From the IMG/VR virus record IMGVR_UViG_3300011832_000025: a stretch of DNA of 64,000 nt; one strand, given 5' to 3'. This stretch comes from a virus (Duplodnaviria; Caudoviricetes). A model generated the notes under the pieces. It searched no databases and was not told the DNA's origin. It saw only the letters and a program-made list of their open reading frames with translations. Shown in pieces: positions 29,375 to 39,846 of the stretch. Within the stretch, counting starts at the first letter, position 1. The number at the start of each line of letters is the position of its first letter. The translations under genes were made by a program, and so were the position numbers.

Positions 29375-31390
29375 TCACATTTTGCGTTGCACACGGGTTT
29401 TGGGTTGAAGAGATTGGGTGCTGATTTCCAACAAAAGTTTTTCCCCCAAATTGCGGTCCAACGGTTCACTGGATAGGATCTGAGGATTTTTCGACCAGCA
29501 CCCATAATCGGAAAAGTATTGTTGCAAAACGCCGTCTTCCAGCCAATGACTGTTCATGGAAAACACCCGTTCCCGCACGATATCATAATAGTCTTCTTTT
29601 AACGTGTTAATCAACAATCGCGCTCCATCGTCCAACAATTGGCTGTCCGTGGCGTGGGTTAAAATTTGCCGAATGAATTCGCGCCGCGGTGAAAATTGTC
29701 TTAACGGCAAACCGCGCCCAAACTCTATTAACAAGTTTTCCATTTTCCAGTAATCCTCCCCCCACCACCGCGGATCATACACATTGTTGTCAAACGCCAC
29801 ATACAACACGCGTCGAACCACATGTGGTGTGTCCCAATGGGGGGAGCCTGTGTGTAAGGCCTCAACCAATTGATTGATTTTATCCATTTTCACTTCATCG
29901 GGATAAGTTTTAAACAGATCAACCGTGCTATCCGTAAAAGACGAATTCAAGAAAAACATTTGGCTCTTGTCGCGCAAAACAGCATCGCTGCGCAGTTTGT
30001 TAAGAAACCAATCGAAGAAGTCGTGTTGTTCTTGAATCGATTCCGTGCGCAAGGAATCGTTAAGACATTCCAAGCCTTTCAGATGCAGGTATGCATTTGT
30101 AAGCCGCTCTAGATTTTGGGGGTATTTCATCACGTCCTCAAACGCATCGGCCTTGAATTTGTAGTGTTGCACCGCCAAGCGCTGTTCAAAGGGCAGTGTG
30201 TTGTACTGATGGACCACGCGGGCCACGGATTGCGCGCTTTTGCCCGCGCGCTGTTCAAAAAAGAACAACGCCGCCAACCGCTCGGGCATTTTCATCTGTG
30301 TGTACGCCAAAGGATTGTTGTGGAAGGCTATATGAAGGTGGTTAAGCCGCTCCACGGGAGTCAAGCGCTCGGTGTCAAAAGACTTTTGTATATGCGCCCA
30401 TTGCTGTTCGGTGCGGCTGTGGCGATGGGCCGCAATCTCAAACAATTGGGGGAAGTTGGCCACAAAAGCATAATTGACGAACATTTGGCTCTCCGAACTT
30501 CCCGCTGATTGAACAATCAAATGGTTCAACACAGTGAAACACTCAACCGAAGGCCTATTGGAGACATCAAAGCGGAAAAGGCCAGTGTGATTGGGGGAGG
30601 GGATGAGGGCGGGCAAGTGCGCCGCGTAAGTTTGGGCCAGTTGCTTGTATTTTTGCCCCACATCCAAAACAATTTCGTAAGGGTGTTCCAACAAACTTTG
30701 GTCGGTCTCCGCCAATTGCAAGTAGGTGCACAAAATATCTGCTTGCGCCTTAAAATCACACACCGCGCCCACAATCTCTCCGCTGTAAAATTTTTTAGCT
30801 AATCGAATGAGAGTGTGGGTGGGGGTGTTGCAAGTGGTGGCTTTAATTTCTCGCGTGTTAAGGAACTCCAAGAAATGGTCAGAAACCACCACAGTGCCGC
30901 TGTCCAAATTGATTCCCACTTGAACCAAATTCAAATCAAACCCGTTGACAATGTCTTGAGAGGCTTGCACGGTGTGCTCGTCTCCCGTTGTTTCACCGTG
31001 CCGCACCAAAGTGAAGTTGCGCAACCCATCGGTGTACGAACGGTGAATAAGAACATTGGAGCGCGCGCACATGAATTTTATCTGCGAATAATCGTCGGTT
31101 TCTTCGGTGAATGTTTGACCGGTGGCCGAGGTCTTGTTCTTGCGGTTGATATACGGGGCGTCCTCCGGTCTGTACCGATGCACCACACCACGGTGAGAGG
31201 GGTCAAGCTTGTGGGAAACAAAAAAATCCACGTCATTGATTGGGCCCCGCACATCAAGCCCCAGTTCTTCAAAAAACACACTGGCCACGGCTTGACCCGC
31301 CACCGTTCCTTTGGGGGGGAACACAACCAGTTCTTGAAGCCGTTGAAGCACCCGAGGGGCAATTTGTTGCAAATCGTTTTGTGTAATCAT
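29375..31390 (-). CDS. nucleotidyltransferase-like protein (CCA/poly(A) polymerase head-like N-terminus), paralog 1
   Basis: VAGQAVAS...GPINDVDFF (DxD) and GFDLNLVQVG; tail QRKM. Confidence 0.6.
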   Translation of the reverse strand: MITQNDLQQIAPRVLQRLQELVVFPPKGTVAGQAVASVFFEELGLDVRGPINDVDFFVSHKLDPSHRGVVHRYRPEDAPYINRKNKTSATGQTFTEETDDYSQIKFMCARSNVLIHRSYTDGLRNFTLVRHGETTGDEHTVQASQDIVNGFDLNLVQVGINLDSGTVVVSDHFLEFLNTREIKATTCNTPTHTLIRLAKKFYSGEIVGAVCDFKAQADILCTYLQLAETDQSLLEHPYEIVLDVGQKYKQLAQTYAAHLPALIPSPNHTGLFRFDVSNRPSVECFTVLNHLIVQSAGSSESQMFVNYAFVANFPQLFEIAAHRHSRTEQQWAHIQKSFDTERLTPVERLNHLHIAFHNNPLAYTQMKMPERLAALFFFEQRAGKSAQSVARVVHQYNTLPFEQRLAVQHYKFKADAFEDVMKYPQNLERLTNAYLHLKGLECLNDSLRTESIQEQHDFFDWFLNKLRSDAVLRDKSQMFFLNSSFTDSTVDLFKTYPDEVKMDKINQLVEALHTGSPHWDTPHVVRRVLYVAFDNNVYDPRWWGEDYWKMENLLIEFGRGLPLRQFSPRREFIRQILTHATDSQLLDDGARLLINTLKEDYYDIVRERVFSMNSHWLEDGVLQQYFSDYGCWSKNPQILSSEPLDRNLGEKLLLEISTQSLQPKTRVQRKM

Positions 31391-31413
31391 GTCAATCCTA
31401 TCAATAAAAAGTG

Positions 31414-33336
31414 TTACATTTTGCGCCGCGTGGCGCCCAAAGAAGGGGAAATGGGGTCCACCGCTTTGCGCAACATCAAGTGTTCAAGCGCCATTTTGGA
31501 ATTTTTAAACGTGTCGCTGACTCTCACGCCCACCAGATGAGGCGCTTCCAACAAACGGTCCAGTTTTTTGCGCACAGGGTTGGTGTCTATTTGATCCAGT
31601 AAGTGGTGCGTTCTGCCCCAAACCGCGTCCAAAAATTCCGGCCGCAACAGCCCAACGAACAAACCGTTGTCCAGGTCCAATAGTGTTTCGTCGCTGATCA
31701 ACCCCAACGCGGCGCACATATTGCCCATATGAATCTCTTGATCGCTGTTAATGCTGCGCCACACAAAACCCGCCAGGGATTGTTCGCTTAAATGAGGCAG
31801 AAGGTGTGCAACGGAAATATGCGCGTCGTGGGCGATGGAAAGCAAAACGCCCTGACTGGACACCGACACCGTTTTAAGGTGTTCGTTGTTCACACCCAAT
31901 GTGTCCAGCAACGCAAAGAACACCTTCTCTCGTGCCGCGCCCGCTAAGTCTTTCAGAAGGGATTCCAGTTTCCAGTGGTGAACCAGGGGGGCTCCCACCA
32001 CATCCCCGCGCAAAGAAGTCAGGGCGGTTGGATCCTGGGCCACCCGTTGCAAAAGAGCGCAGAAATACTCCACATCGGCGTCACTGCTCATATGGCCGCC
32101 CAAGTGGCTGAAAAATTTACCACCCAAACGGTGGATATGTGGTAAAGCCGCCCCCACTGGGTCTTGGGCAAAAGCGCGTAAGCCATTGGGGTCCCCGTCC
32201 AAGCCAAACACTACCTGCTCAGCCCCACACAACTGGTTGTATTGATCGATCAACGCGTTGACGGCCACAGGGTCTTCCCGTTGCGCAAAGCGCATCACAA
32301 ACACCGCGCAATCGTTTTCCGTCATTCCAATGTCGTACAACAAGGGAACGCCGGTAACCAATTGGTGAGCGCAACTGAGCAAAAATCCGTCGCTGCGTTT
32401 GGCCTCCAGTTCCTGCGCGAACAACCACCAAGAACTGTTTTCCATAGAGGATTGTGAAAATTCAATCAAACGGTCAAAATGATGCAACATCAAAAACGAA
32501 ACCACGGCCGGCGGGGTGTGCCGCACCACCCATTCCACGAATTCTTTTAAGTTGGCGCGTTCTGTGGTGGGCGGAATATGAAAACGAAACACATTCCCCT
32601 GCTCGGTGTCCAAACCATAAGAGGGAAGGTGGGCTTGGAATGTGTCCACGTGTTTTTGGTACCGTTCTCCGAAACAAACAGCTGTGGTGACGTGTTTATT
32701 CCATTTGGCGTCCTGGATGGCGTACAAAAAGTTTTCGCACAACGCGCGTTGTTGGGCATAGTCGCACGCAACGCCGTGCAGTTGTCCGCGATGCGTTTTG
32801 CGCGCCAACCGCACCAAAGTATGGGCGGGGGTGTTCAGTGAAGTGATTTTTAAAGTGGGTTCGCGCAAAAAGCGCAAAAAGTCTTCGGTGCACACCACTT
32901 GCTGAGTGCTCAAGTTAATCCCCACCCCCACAATATTCAAATCAAACCCCTCCACCAGATCTTGGGAGACGGTCACCGAATGCGCCCCCGTGCTGAGTGC
33001 GTCGCAATGCGTGATCAAAGTGGTGTTGAGCAACCCTGCGCTGGAAGTGGAGACCACCGACAAGTTTGTGTTGTGGGCAATAAAAGTGAGTTGACTGTAC
33101 TGTGTGCTTTCGGAGGTGTATTTTTGTTGGTCCAGTCCGTGACTGATCCCCGGCGCCACCGAAACAAACACATCCACATCGTTGATCGGACCGCGTACAT
33201 CCAGGCCCAGTTCTTCAAAAAACACACTGGCCACCGCTTGACCCGCCACGGTCCCGTGAGACGGCAGTGGGGTCAACGCGTTCAAGCGTTGAAGGACATG
33301 GGGCACAAGATGTTGCAAATCAGAGCGCGCGATCAT
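31414..33336 (-). CDS. nucleotidyltransferase-like protein, paralog 2
   Basis: Shares GTVAGQAVASVFFEELGLDVRGPINDVD and GFDLN with paralog 1; tail RRKM. Confidence 0.6.
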   Translation of the reverse strand: MIARSDLQHLVPHVLQRLNALTPLPSHGTVAGQAVASVFFEELGLDVRGPINDVDVFVSVAPGISHGLDQQKYTSESTQYSQLTFIAHNTNLSVVSTSSAGLLNTTLITHCDALSTGAHSVTVSQDLVEGFDLNIVGVGINLSTQQVVCTEDFLRFLREPTLKITSLNTPAHTLVRLARKTHRGQLHGVACDYAQQRALCENFLYAIQDAKWNKHVTTAVCFGERYQKHVDTFQAHLPSYGLDTEQGNVFRFHIPPTTERANLKEFVEWVVRHTPPAVVSFLMLHHFDRLIEFSQSSMENSSWWLFAQELEAKRSDGFLLSCAHQLVTGVPLLYDIGMTENDCAVFVMRFAQREDPVAVNALIDQYNQLCGAEQVVFGLDGDPNGLRAFAQDPVGAALPHIHRLGGKFFSHLGGHMSSDADVEYFCALLQRVAQDPTALTSLRGDVVGAPLVHHWKLESLLKDLAGAAREKVFFALLDTLGVNNEHLKTVSVSSQGVLLSIAHDAHISVAHLLPHLSEQSLAGFVWRSINSDQEIHMGNMCAALGLISDETLLDLDNGLFVGLLRPEFLDAVWGRTHHLLDQIDTNPVRKKLDRLLEAPHLVGVRVSDTFKNSKMALEHLMLRKAVDPISPSLGATRRKM

Positions 33337-33401
33337 AGACACACAACGGCCAAAAGGTGTAGTTCAGTATAACACAGTTGTGCGCCCCGCGCATCAAAAA
33401 G

Positions 33402-34046
33402 CTACAGCGCGCTGGCCGAACGGTTGTCCTCAAGCGGGCTTGCTGTTGCGGGGTGAACCAATTCGACCAAGACCTCCTCCAGGCGCTCCACCTCAACCTC
33501 ATTCAAGCGCCATTGCGCGCGGCTGTTGAGAGCGTTGTTGTACTCCTCCATACTCACGCACACGCTGGCCCACCATTGTTCGGGCCGCTCCCGACGCAAT
33601 TGTTTGCTGTACGCCAACAAAACGGGTCGAACGCTTTTGTCTTTCTGGGCCAATTCCACCGCCAAACGCAAAAAGCGCTGGCGGGTGCGCTCACTCAACG
33701 GTTCAATCATGGTTTGCATGGAGTACCCCACAATCATGGCCACCAAACACCACGCAACCACACTGAACATAAACACCACCGCGGACACAGAGATAAAGGT
33801 CTGCGGCGCGGCGACCAGCATTCCGATTACCGTTCCCATCAACCCCAAAGCGCCCCCGCCCATTGATCCAACAAACGTCCGCCACAAACCTTTGCGGTGT
33901 TTTTGCACCCACGGGTGAGCGGTGTACCGCAGCAACCGCCCCCCAGTGCTGTGCTTGCGCATGGCTTGAATAAAAGTTTCCTGGATCGAAGTGGTGCCCA
34001 TCACCGTGGGAAGACAAAATCCAGACAGATTGGAAAACGCGTGCAT
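33402..34046 (-). CDS. 2-TM membrane protein, LPxxWW family (divergently transcribed)
   Basis: Two TM segments; RPEQWW; LEEVLVE. Confidence 0.65.
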   Translation of the reverse strand: MHAFSNLSGFCLPTVMGTTSIQETFIQAMRKHSTGGRLLRYTAHPWVQKHRKGLWRTFVGSMGGGALGLMGTVIGMLVAAPQTFISVSAVVFMFSVVAWCLVAMIVGYSMQTMIEPLSERTRQRFLRLAVELAQKDKSVRPVLLAYSKQLRRERPEQWWASVCVSMEEYNNALNSRAQWRLNEVEVERLEEVLVELVHPATASPLEDNRSASAL

Positions 34047-34210
34047 GCTGTGCTCCACAAAAGGACGAAGGGATTGTATCCCGTGCGTTTCCCCCCTGTC
34101 AAACCAACCCATGGTTTGATAAACGAGAAACAACTGTATTTTTAACAAAATTTTAACATTTTAAACGCACTTTTTGTGTACGATAAAAGAAATAACCGAG
34201 GATCTTGGCA

Positions 34211-34840
34211 ATGACCCATTTGGAAAAAATATTGGCCTATTGTGCGCTGGCCCCCAACATTGAAAAATATTGTGCGCGCAAGAAGACATTTAAAGAGAAG
34301 CACCCGACTGTGGCTGAGGCGGCGCCCGTTTTCCCCATGCTTGCCCTCAGTGCCATTACAGTGTCTTTGCTCGTTTGGGGGGATTGGAATCCCCTGGTCC
34401 TATTGGGGTGGTTGATGATTGGTCTTGTGGGGCAATTGGGGGGATTGTGTGTGTGGAATGCTCTTACGCGGCGCACAACCCGTAAAAAAGTGGGCTACTC
34501 TTGGGGTATATGGGAAAGAAGCGAGACTTCAGAAGAAGAAACTCAGCAGATATTGGAAAAGCTGTTGCGCTTGCCCGCCACGCCCCAAACCCAAGAGCTA
34601 AAAAACCAATTGTGGGAACTGGCCTCCGGAAATTTGTTGCCCTTGCCCTGGTGGAAAGACGTGGAAAAAGAAATTGACGCGTGGGTGGCTTCGCATGAAC
34701 GGGAAGTCCTTCGCGCCAAGTTGCTCGAGACGGGAAGCGTAGAAACAATGACTGCAGCGGAAGTGGAAACGGAAACGGAAACGGAAACGCCATCCCCCTC
34801 CCAATCTTCAACGCCGTCCGCTCACCGGGTTGTTTTATAA
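34211..34840 (+). CDS. 2-TM membrane protein, LPxxWW family
   Basis: LLPLPWW; two TM segments. Confidence 0.75.
   Translation: MTHLEKILAYCALAPNIEKYCARKKTFKEKHPTVAEAAPVFPMLALSAITVSLLVWGDWNPLVLLGWLMIGLVGQLGGLCVWNALTRRTTRKKVGYSWGIWERSETSEEETQQILEKLLRLPATPQTQELKNQLWELASGNLLPLPWWKDVEKEIDAWVASHEREVLRAKLLETGSVETMTAAEVETETETETPSPSQSSTPSAHRVVL
34765..34788 (+). repeat. (GGAAAC)x4 in-frame microsatellite encoding ETETETET
   Basis: Direct reading. Confidence 0.85.
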
Positions 34841-34933
34841 GCAGAGGGCAAAACGGCGTTTTATTGAGAATGTCCCCTACCGATCTTACAACGCGGAACC
34901 GTCCCTTGGTTGCTGCACCTCAGGAAAACACGC

Positions 34934-35566
34934 ATGAGTGAAAAGCCCCTCAACAAAATGAAAACGCTGCTGAAAAACGCCGGAGCCAGCGCGCGCTGGT
35001 GGGAAACCAACCGTGAGGCGGCACAGAAATATGACATGGGGGTTTTTGCCCTGTTAATGCTGGTGGGAACAATCATCTTTGCCGTTCCCCTAACCGGAGC
35101 GTGGTGGGTAATGTCTTCTTCCAGTTTTTTAGAGGGTGGTCTCAAAATGTTAGCTGTGGCTGCTGGAGAGTTTGGTCTAATGACCGCGGCGGGATGGTTG
35201 TTTAAAAAAATGCACGCTTCTTTGCGTCAAAAATTCAAAGACGGGTGGGAATTGTTTGGGTTTGACTGCAAAATAGAATTTACGAGTTTCACCGCAGCCG
35301 AAATAAGTGAGAGAGTTTTGCGAGCTGCGCGTTCCATCCCTTTGCCCGAAGTTCAACATCTGCGGTCCAGTTTGGAAAAATTGCAGTCCGCCCCCTTGCC
35401 AAAATCCTGGTGGGCGCAAATGGAAACCGTCTTGAAAGAGATTGAAGACACATTGGACACGGTCCCTTTGCCCGTTTCTCCCCAATCGTTGGACGAAGTG
35501 TATGTGGAAATTGCCGAACATCTGGATCCCTCTCAAGTTGTTTCCAAAAACATGTTGAAATTGTAG
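34934..35566 (+). CDS. 2-TM membrane protein, LPxxWW family
   Basis: ARWW...LPKSWW...LDEVYVE; tail MLKL. Confidence 0.75.
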   Translation: MSEKPLNKMKTLLKNAGASARWWETNREAAQKYDMGVFALLMLVGTIIFAVPLTGAWWVMSSSSFLEGGLKMLAVAAGEFGLMTAAGWLFKKMHASLRQKFKDGWELFGFDCKIEFTSFTAAEISERVLRAARSIPLPEVQHLRSSLEKLQSAPLPKSWWAQMETVLKEIEDTLDTVPLPVSPQSLDEVYVEIAEHLDPSQVVSKNMLKL

Positions 35567-35599
35567 GGCAACTCCAAGAGCAACCGTAAGGAACAAGCT

Positions 35600-36226
35600 A
35601 TGTCGCATCAAATGGTAAAACACATGATTGAAAACGCCGACCGCGCCGCAAATCTTGTCGCGTCATCGCGTTGGATGAAAGCTCTCCGCTGGTTTTTGAG
35701 AAGTTGGGAATACAATATTCCCGCAATCGGGTTTGCCACGGGATTTGTATTGGCAGCTCTTCACGCGTTTCCGGATGTGTCCCAGTTAATCCGCCAGGGA
35801 GTTGACAGTTGGGTGCTTTCTCTTTTCGGGTACTTTTTTATTACGCCTTTTGTCGGCCTTGTTCTTTTTGGAGTGGGGCACCTTATTTGCTTAATCATGG
35901 CGACGTTTGAATGGTTGAAGATCGGTGAAACGGTGTACAGTGGTCCCGATATTGTGCAATTGGCGTCGGTGGAAGATAAAACCCAAGCTTTGAAAAATTT
36001 CAACCGAACCCAAGGAAAAGAGTGGGATGAATTGGCGCCGGCGTTGTACGCGTGCGCCACCCGCCACGACTTATCCATCGCGTGGTGGAAAGAGGTAAAC
36101 GACCAAATTCTGAACGTAGTCCCCGAAGAACCACCCTCTGTGGTGGAAGTGGTTGAAAAAACATTGGAAGAAGAGTTGGAAAACCGAATGCACGTCACGC
36201 CCACCCCCAAGAAAATGATTTTATAA
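35600..36226 (+). CDS. 2-TM membrane protein, LPxxWW family
   Basis: DLSIAWW; tail KKMIL. Confidence 0.75.
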   Translation: MSHQMVKHMIENADRAANLVASSRWMKALRWFLRSWEYNIPAIGFATGFVLAALHAFPDVSQLIRQGVDSWVLSLFGYFFITPFVGLVLFGVGHLICLIMATFEWLKIGETVYSGPDIVQLASVEDKTQALKNFNRTQGKEWDELAPALYACATRHDLSIAWWKEVNDQILNVVPEEPPSVVEVVEKTLEEELENRMHVTPTPKKMIL

Positions 36227-36235
36227 AGGACAGAT

Positions 36236-36889
36236 ATGCAAGAGCGTGTTTTTGAAAAAATGAAAACATTTTTCACCACAGACCCCGTTTTTCGTGCCTT
36301 AAGAAAAACCGAAAAATTGGCGGGTTGGACGCTGGGGTTGGGCACCCTAGCGGTTTTTGTGGTGTGGATCACCGGTGCGCATCATGGCGCTCTGTCCCCC
36401 GCAATCCCGTGGAATTTGAGTGGGGAGAGTTTGGAAACCGCAAGAACAACGGTTCACACCGTTGCGTCCATGCGTTTGTTCGGATTGTGGGTCTTGTGTG
36501 CATTTGTGGGAATGGGAGTTGTGGGCTTTATGGGAAATCGAGCTTATCGCCGCTTTCAACAAACCGTTTCCACCGCCCATACCCAGTTTTCGGTGGTGTT
36601 CGGCGATATTCCTGGTGAAGAGCTGGACGCAATAAAAAAGGAGATCGCAGGCTTTCTCACCGATTTGCAGGGCGAGGAATGGAATGAAGTTGCCGCTCTG
36701 GTGCGCCGCTCCTTAGACGAAAAAAATATTCCCCGCCAGTGGTGGAAACTGGTGCACAAAGAATTGTCCACTGCTGTGGTCCAACAAAAAGAAAACCCCC
36801 ACCGCCCCGCTGTGTATGCGGAATTTGACCACGCGTTGGAACAAGTGTATCGGCGCGGTCAAAACCACCTTCCAACGGTTAAAATTTAG
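36236..36889 (+). CDS. 2-TM membrane protein, LPxxWW family
   Basis: IPRQWW; LEQVY; tail TVKI. Confidence 0.75.
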   Translation: MQERVFEKMKTFFTTDPVFRALRKTEKLAGWTLGLGTLAVFVVWITGAHHGALSPAIPWNLSGESLETARTTVHTVASMRLFGLWVLCAFVGMGVVGFMGNRAYRRFQQTVSTAHTQFSVVFGDIPGEELDAIKKEIAGFLTDLQGEEWNEVAALVRRSLDEKNIPRQWWKLVHKELSTAVVQQKENPHRPAVYAEFDHALEQVYRRGQNHLPTVKI

Positions 36890-36956
36890 CTAATTTGAAC
36901 CCCGCAACAACACAACACTGCGCGCATTGCGCAAATAAATTCACCGGAGAACATGT

Positions 36957-37649
36957 ATGAGCAAAATGGACAACCCTTTAGCGGCCGCCACCCATCTGCT
37001 TGCGCAGCGCGAAGCTTTTCAACAGTGGAGCGATGGAGCAACCGCCCGTTGGCACAAGAAGTGGTTGGCCTCGCCCCGCACCAAGTTTGTGATGATGGGG
37101 GTGTTTGCCGCCGGGGTTTGTGGCGTGGCGCAAGGAATTAAGATAGCGGACATCGGGGGAACGGTTGGATTGGTGGGAGGGCTTGCCGTCATAATGTTGT
37201 CCTTAATCGTTCTCGGATGTGTAGTGGCCGACGATGCCAATGTGAAGATGTGGCTCAACCCTTGGCTCAACCGCCAGAGCAAAACATATGGGGTGACCTT
37301 CAACACCCATCACCCGCGCACCTTGTGGGGGGAGTATTCCCAAGACCAAAAGACCCACTTGCTGTCGCAAATGGCGCGATTGGATGAAAAGTGGGCGGCG
37401 GTTAAAGCCGAGGTGCTGTCTTTGGTCAACACTTCGGATCTGCCGTACGTATGGTGGCAGCAAATGGAGCAGGTGATTGAACAGGGATGGGAGCAACAAT
37501 ACGCCCGCAATTACCACCTCAACAAACACAATGAATTTCTTCGCGCGCAAAACAAAGTTGAAGCACAGATTCAACCGTCAGTGGATGTGGAAACAGGCGC
37601 CACGCCCCCAGTCGACCTCCCTGAAAAATCCACCAATATTTCTTTATAA
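36957..37649 (+). CDS. 2-TM membrane protein, LPxxWW family
   Basis: DLPYVWWQQME; close paralog of 37823. Confidence 0.75.
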   Translation: MSKMDNPLAAATHLLAQREAFQQWSDGATARWHKKWLASPRTKFVMMGVFAAGVCGVAQGIKIADIGGTVGLVGGLAVIMLSLIVLGCVVADDANVKMWLNPWLNRQSKTYGVTFNTHHPRTLWGEYSQDQKTHLLSQMARLDEKWAAVKAEVLSLVNTSDLPYVWWQQMEQVIEQGWEQQYARNYHLNKHNEFLRAQNKVEAQIQPSVDVETGATPPVDLPEKSTNISL

Positions 37650-37822
37650 ACCCACTGTAAAGCAGACATTTTCAAATCCAAAGGTGATCTTATTGATCTT
37701 TTGGCGTGTCAAGGGTGAGGTGCTGGTAAATCTCAAAAAAATGGGGCTTGAAAACGGCAAAGCGGACATGGTAAACTCCCCTGTCTGTTATTGCACGACT
37801 TTTCCCATTTTGAGGACCCATC

Positions 37823-38521
37823 ATGAGCAAAATCGCCGATCCGTTGACCGCCGCCACCCATCTGCTTGCGCAGCGCGAAGCGTTCCAAAAGTGGAGCCAA
37901 GGGCGGTTGGCCCGCTGGCACCAAAGCTGGTTGGGGGGCCTGACTCTCAACACAATCGGTGCTTTGTTTTCGGGGCTTTTGTCGTTAAGCGGCATTGCTC
38001 TAATGGCCATGGGTCTCTCCACGCACAATAAGGAGTGGGCCAGCCTAGGTATGGCCTTCGGCAGCGTCTTTGGGGGCGTGTGTATGGGAATGATGATTGA
38101 CAAGTGGTATTCAAGCTCCTGGTGCAACCCCCTCATTAACCACCAAAGCAAGAAATACCACGTGCGGTTCCACCACTTGCCCACGAAAACACTGTGGGGA
38201 GAGTACCCCCAGGAAAAGAAAACACAACTGCTGTCCCAAATGGCCCAGTTGGATGAACAGTGGGACACAGTTAAATCCACTGCGCTGGCGTTAATCGACA
38301 GCGCAGATTTGCCTTATGTGTGGTGGCAGCAAATGGAAGGGATCGTGGCCGCGGGGTTAACCCAACAGCAGCAGCAACAGATCCAAACCCACCAAAAAGA
38401 GGCGTTTCTCCGCGCCCAACAAAACGTGCAATTGCAAGTTCACTCCCCCAGCGTCGAAGTCCAGTCGGAGAGAAGTGTCGAAGCCCAAACCGATTATACG
38501 CCCAAAGGTTTGCGACTGTGA
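37823..38521 (+). CDS. 2-TM membrane protein, LPxxWW family
   Basis: AATHLLAQREAFQ shared with 36957; tail GLRL. Confidence 0.75.
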   Translation: MSKIADPLTAATHLLAQREAFQKWSQGRLARWHQSWLGGLTLNTIGALFSGLLSLSGIALMAMGLSTHNKEWASLGMAFGSVFGGVCMGMMIDKWYSSSWCNPLINHQSKKYHVRFHHLPTKTLWGEYPQEKKTQLLSQMAQLDEQWDTVKSTALALIDSADLPYVWWQQMEGIVAAGLTQQQQQQIQTHQKEAFLRAQQNVQLQVHSPSVEVQSERSVEAQTDYTPKGLRL

Positions 38522-38530
38522 GGAAAAACA

Positions 38531-39163
38531 ATGACAATTGAAACGATTCAGAAAATGCTTGCCGCCGCGCCCAACGTTGAACAATGGTGGAGCGCAAACA
38601 AAAAATCCATTAAACGCACCTTAACGCTGAGTGATTTGTGGGTCAATATATGTCTAATGGGGGGTCTTTTGTCTGTGTTCTCTACAGTGGGTTTCTTTAT
38701 GGCCAATTTTACCGTTGTTAAAAATCCACCGATTCCTATAGTGAGCTTTGCGGTTTCTACGGCTGGCGCGGTTGGATCTTTAGTGTTGATCGTGAGTGGG
38801 GGGTGGGTAATGCGTCGGATTTTACAACGGAAATACAAACAAGCTTCCGAGCAATGGGGTTTGGATCCGTTCACCAATCAAAAACTATCAGACGAACAGC
38901 GCGCGGGAATTGTTTCTGAGTTGAACGAGCTGATTTTCGATTGGGCAAAGACAGACGATTCAATGAAAATGACAACCCACCAGATTGAAAACATCCAACA
39001 TTTGGATCTTCCCACCCCCTGGTGGCGCAAATTGGAGAAAAATATCGCCTCCGCAAAAGAACAGTTGCGGCGCCAATTGGAAATCCCTCCTCCGTCTTTG
39101 GAGGATGTGTTTGTGTCCACAACCCATAAAGACGGCACCACGTCCAACGTCATGCGTTTGTAA
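38531..39163 (+). CDS. 2-TM membrane protein, LPxxWW family
   Basis: APNVEQWW...DLPTPWW...LEDVFV; tail VMRL. Confidence 0.75.
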   Translation: MTIETIQKMLAAAPNVEQWWSANKKSIKRTLTLSDLWVNICLMGGLLSVFSTVGFFMANFTVVKNPPIPIVSFAVSTAGAVGSLVLIVSGGWVMRRILQRKYKQASEQWGLDPFTNQKLSDEQRAGIVSELNELIFDWAKTDDSMKMTTHQIENIQHLDLPTPWWRKLEKNIASAKEQLRRQLEIPPPSLEDVFVSTTHKDGTTSNVMRL

Positions 39164-39237
39164 CCGTCTATCAATTATCACTTAGCTCTATTAAATAGGA
39201 TGTTTCATTCTCTAAAACACTAAGGCAAAGGATCTTT

Positions 39238-39834
39238 ATGTCGTACGAAAAAATCAACGAACTAATAGAACAAGCCCCCGAGGTGTCGCAATGGTGGGCC
39301 TCCAACAAGCGAGCATTAAACTGGTGGTGTGTTGGCAGCATAGCCGTAATTTTTCCAATATTTTTGATGACATTTTTAAGCGTGGCGGCCACTGTCGTGT
39401 GGTCTGGAATGTGGTTGGCCGGACAGGTTCCCGCCGACAAATACTGGATGTTAATTTCTGCACCGTTGGTGTCCTTGTGTGGTATAGGTGTAATAAAATT
39501 TGGTCGCAAATTTCGGCCAAAACGCTTCACATACAAAGGTTTTACCTTAGCAAGATTTGCTGAATCTGAGAGTGTGTCGCTCGCGTTTACCCACAATGTT
39601 TTAAGCAAAGCTGTCAATCTCGGGGATCCCCAGATCAAGCCCATTTTGGCAAAATTGCACGCCCTCAAAAACACCGATTTGCCCAAATGTTGGTGGCAAT
39701 CCCTGGGTAAAGAATTAGACAAACACGCCCGTCCCCCGGTGAACACAAGCGCGCAAGAACAGTTGGAAGCGGTGTATGTCCAAATGGAAGACCTGTCCGT
39801 TGACCAACCCACCCCCAAAGTGTTCCGTCTGTAA
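39238..39834 (+). CDS. 2-TM membrane protein, LPxxWW family
   Basis: APEVSQWW...DLPKCWW; tail VFRL. Confidence 0.75.
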   Translation: MSYEKINELIEQAPEVSQWWASNKRALNWWCVGSIAVIFPIFLMTFLSVAATVVWSGMWLAGQVPADKYWMLISAPLVSLCGIGVIKFGRKFRPKRFTYKGFTLARFAESESVSLAFTHNVLSKAVNLGDPQIKPILAKLHALKNTDLPKCWWQSLGKELDKHARPPVNTSAQEQLEAVYVQMEDLSVDQPTPKVFRL

Positions 39835-39846
39835 GGGAAAATAAGT

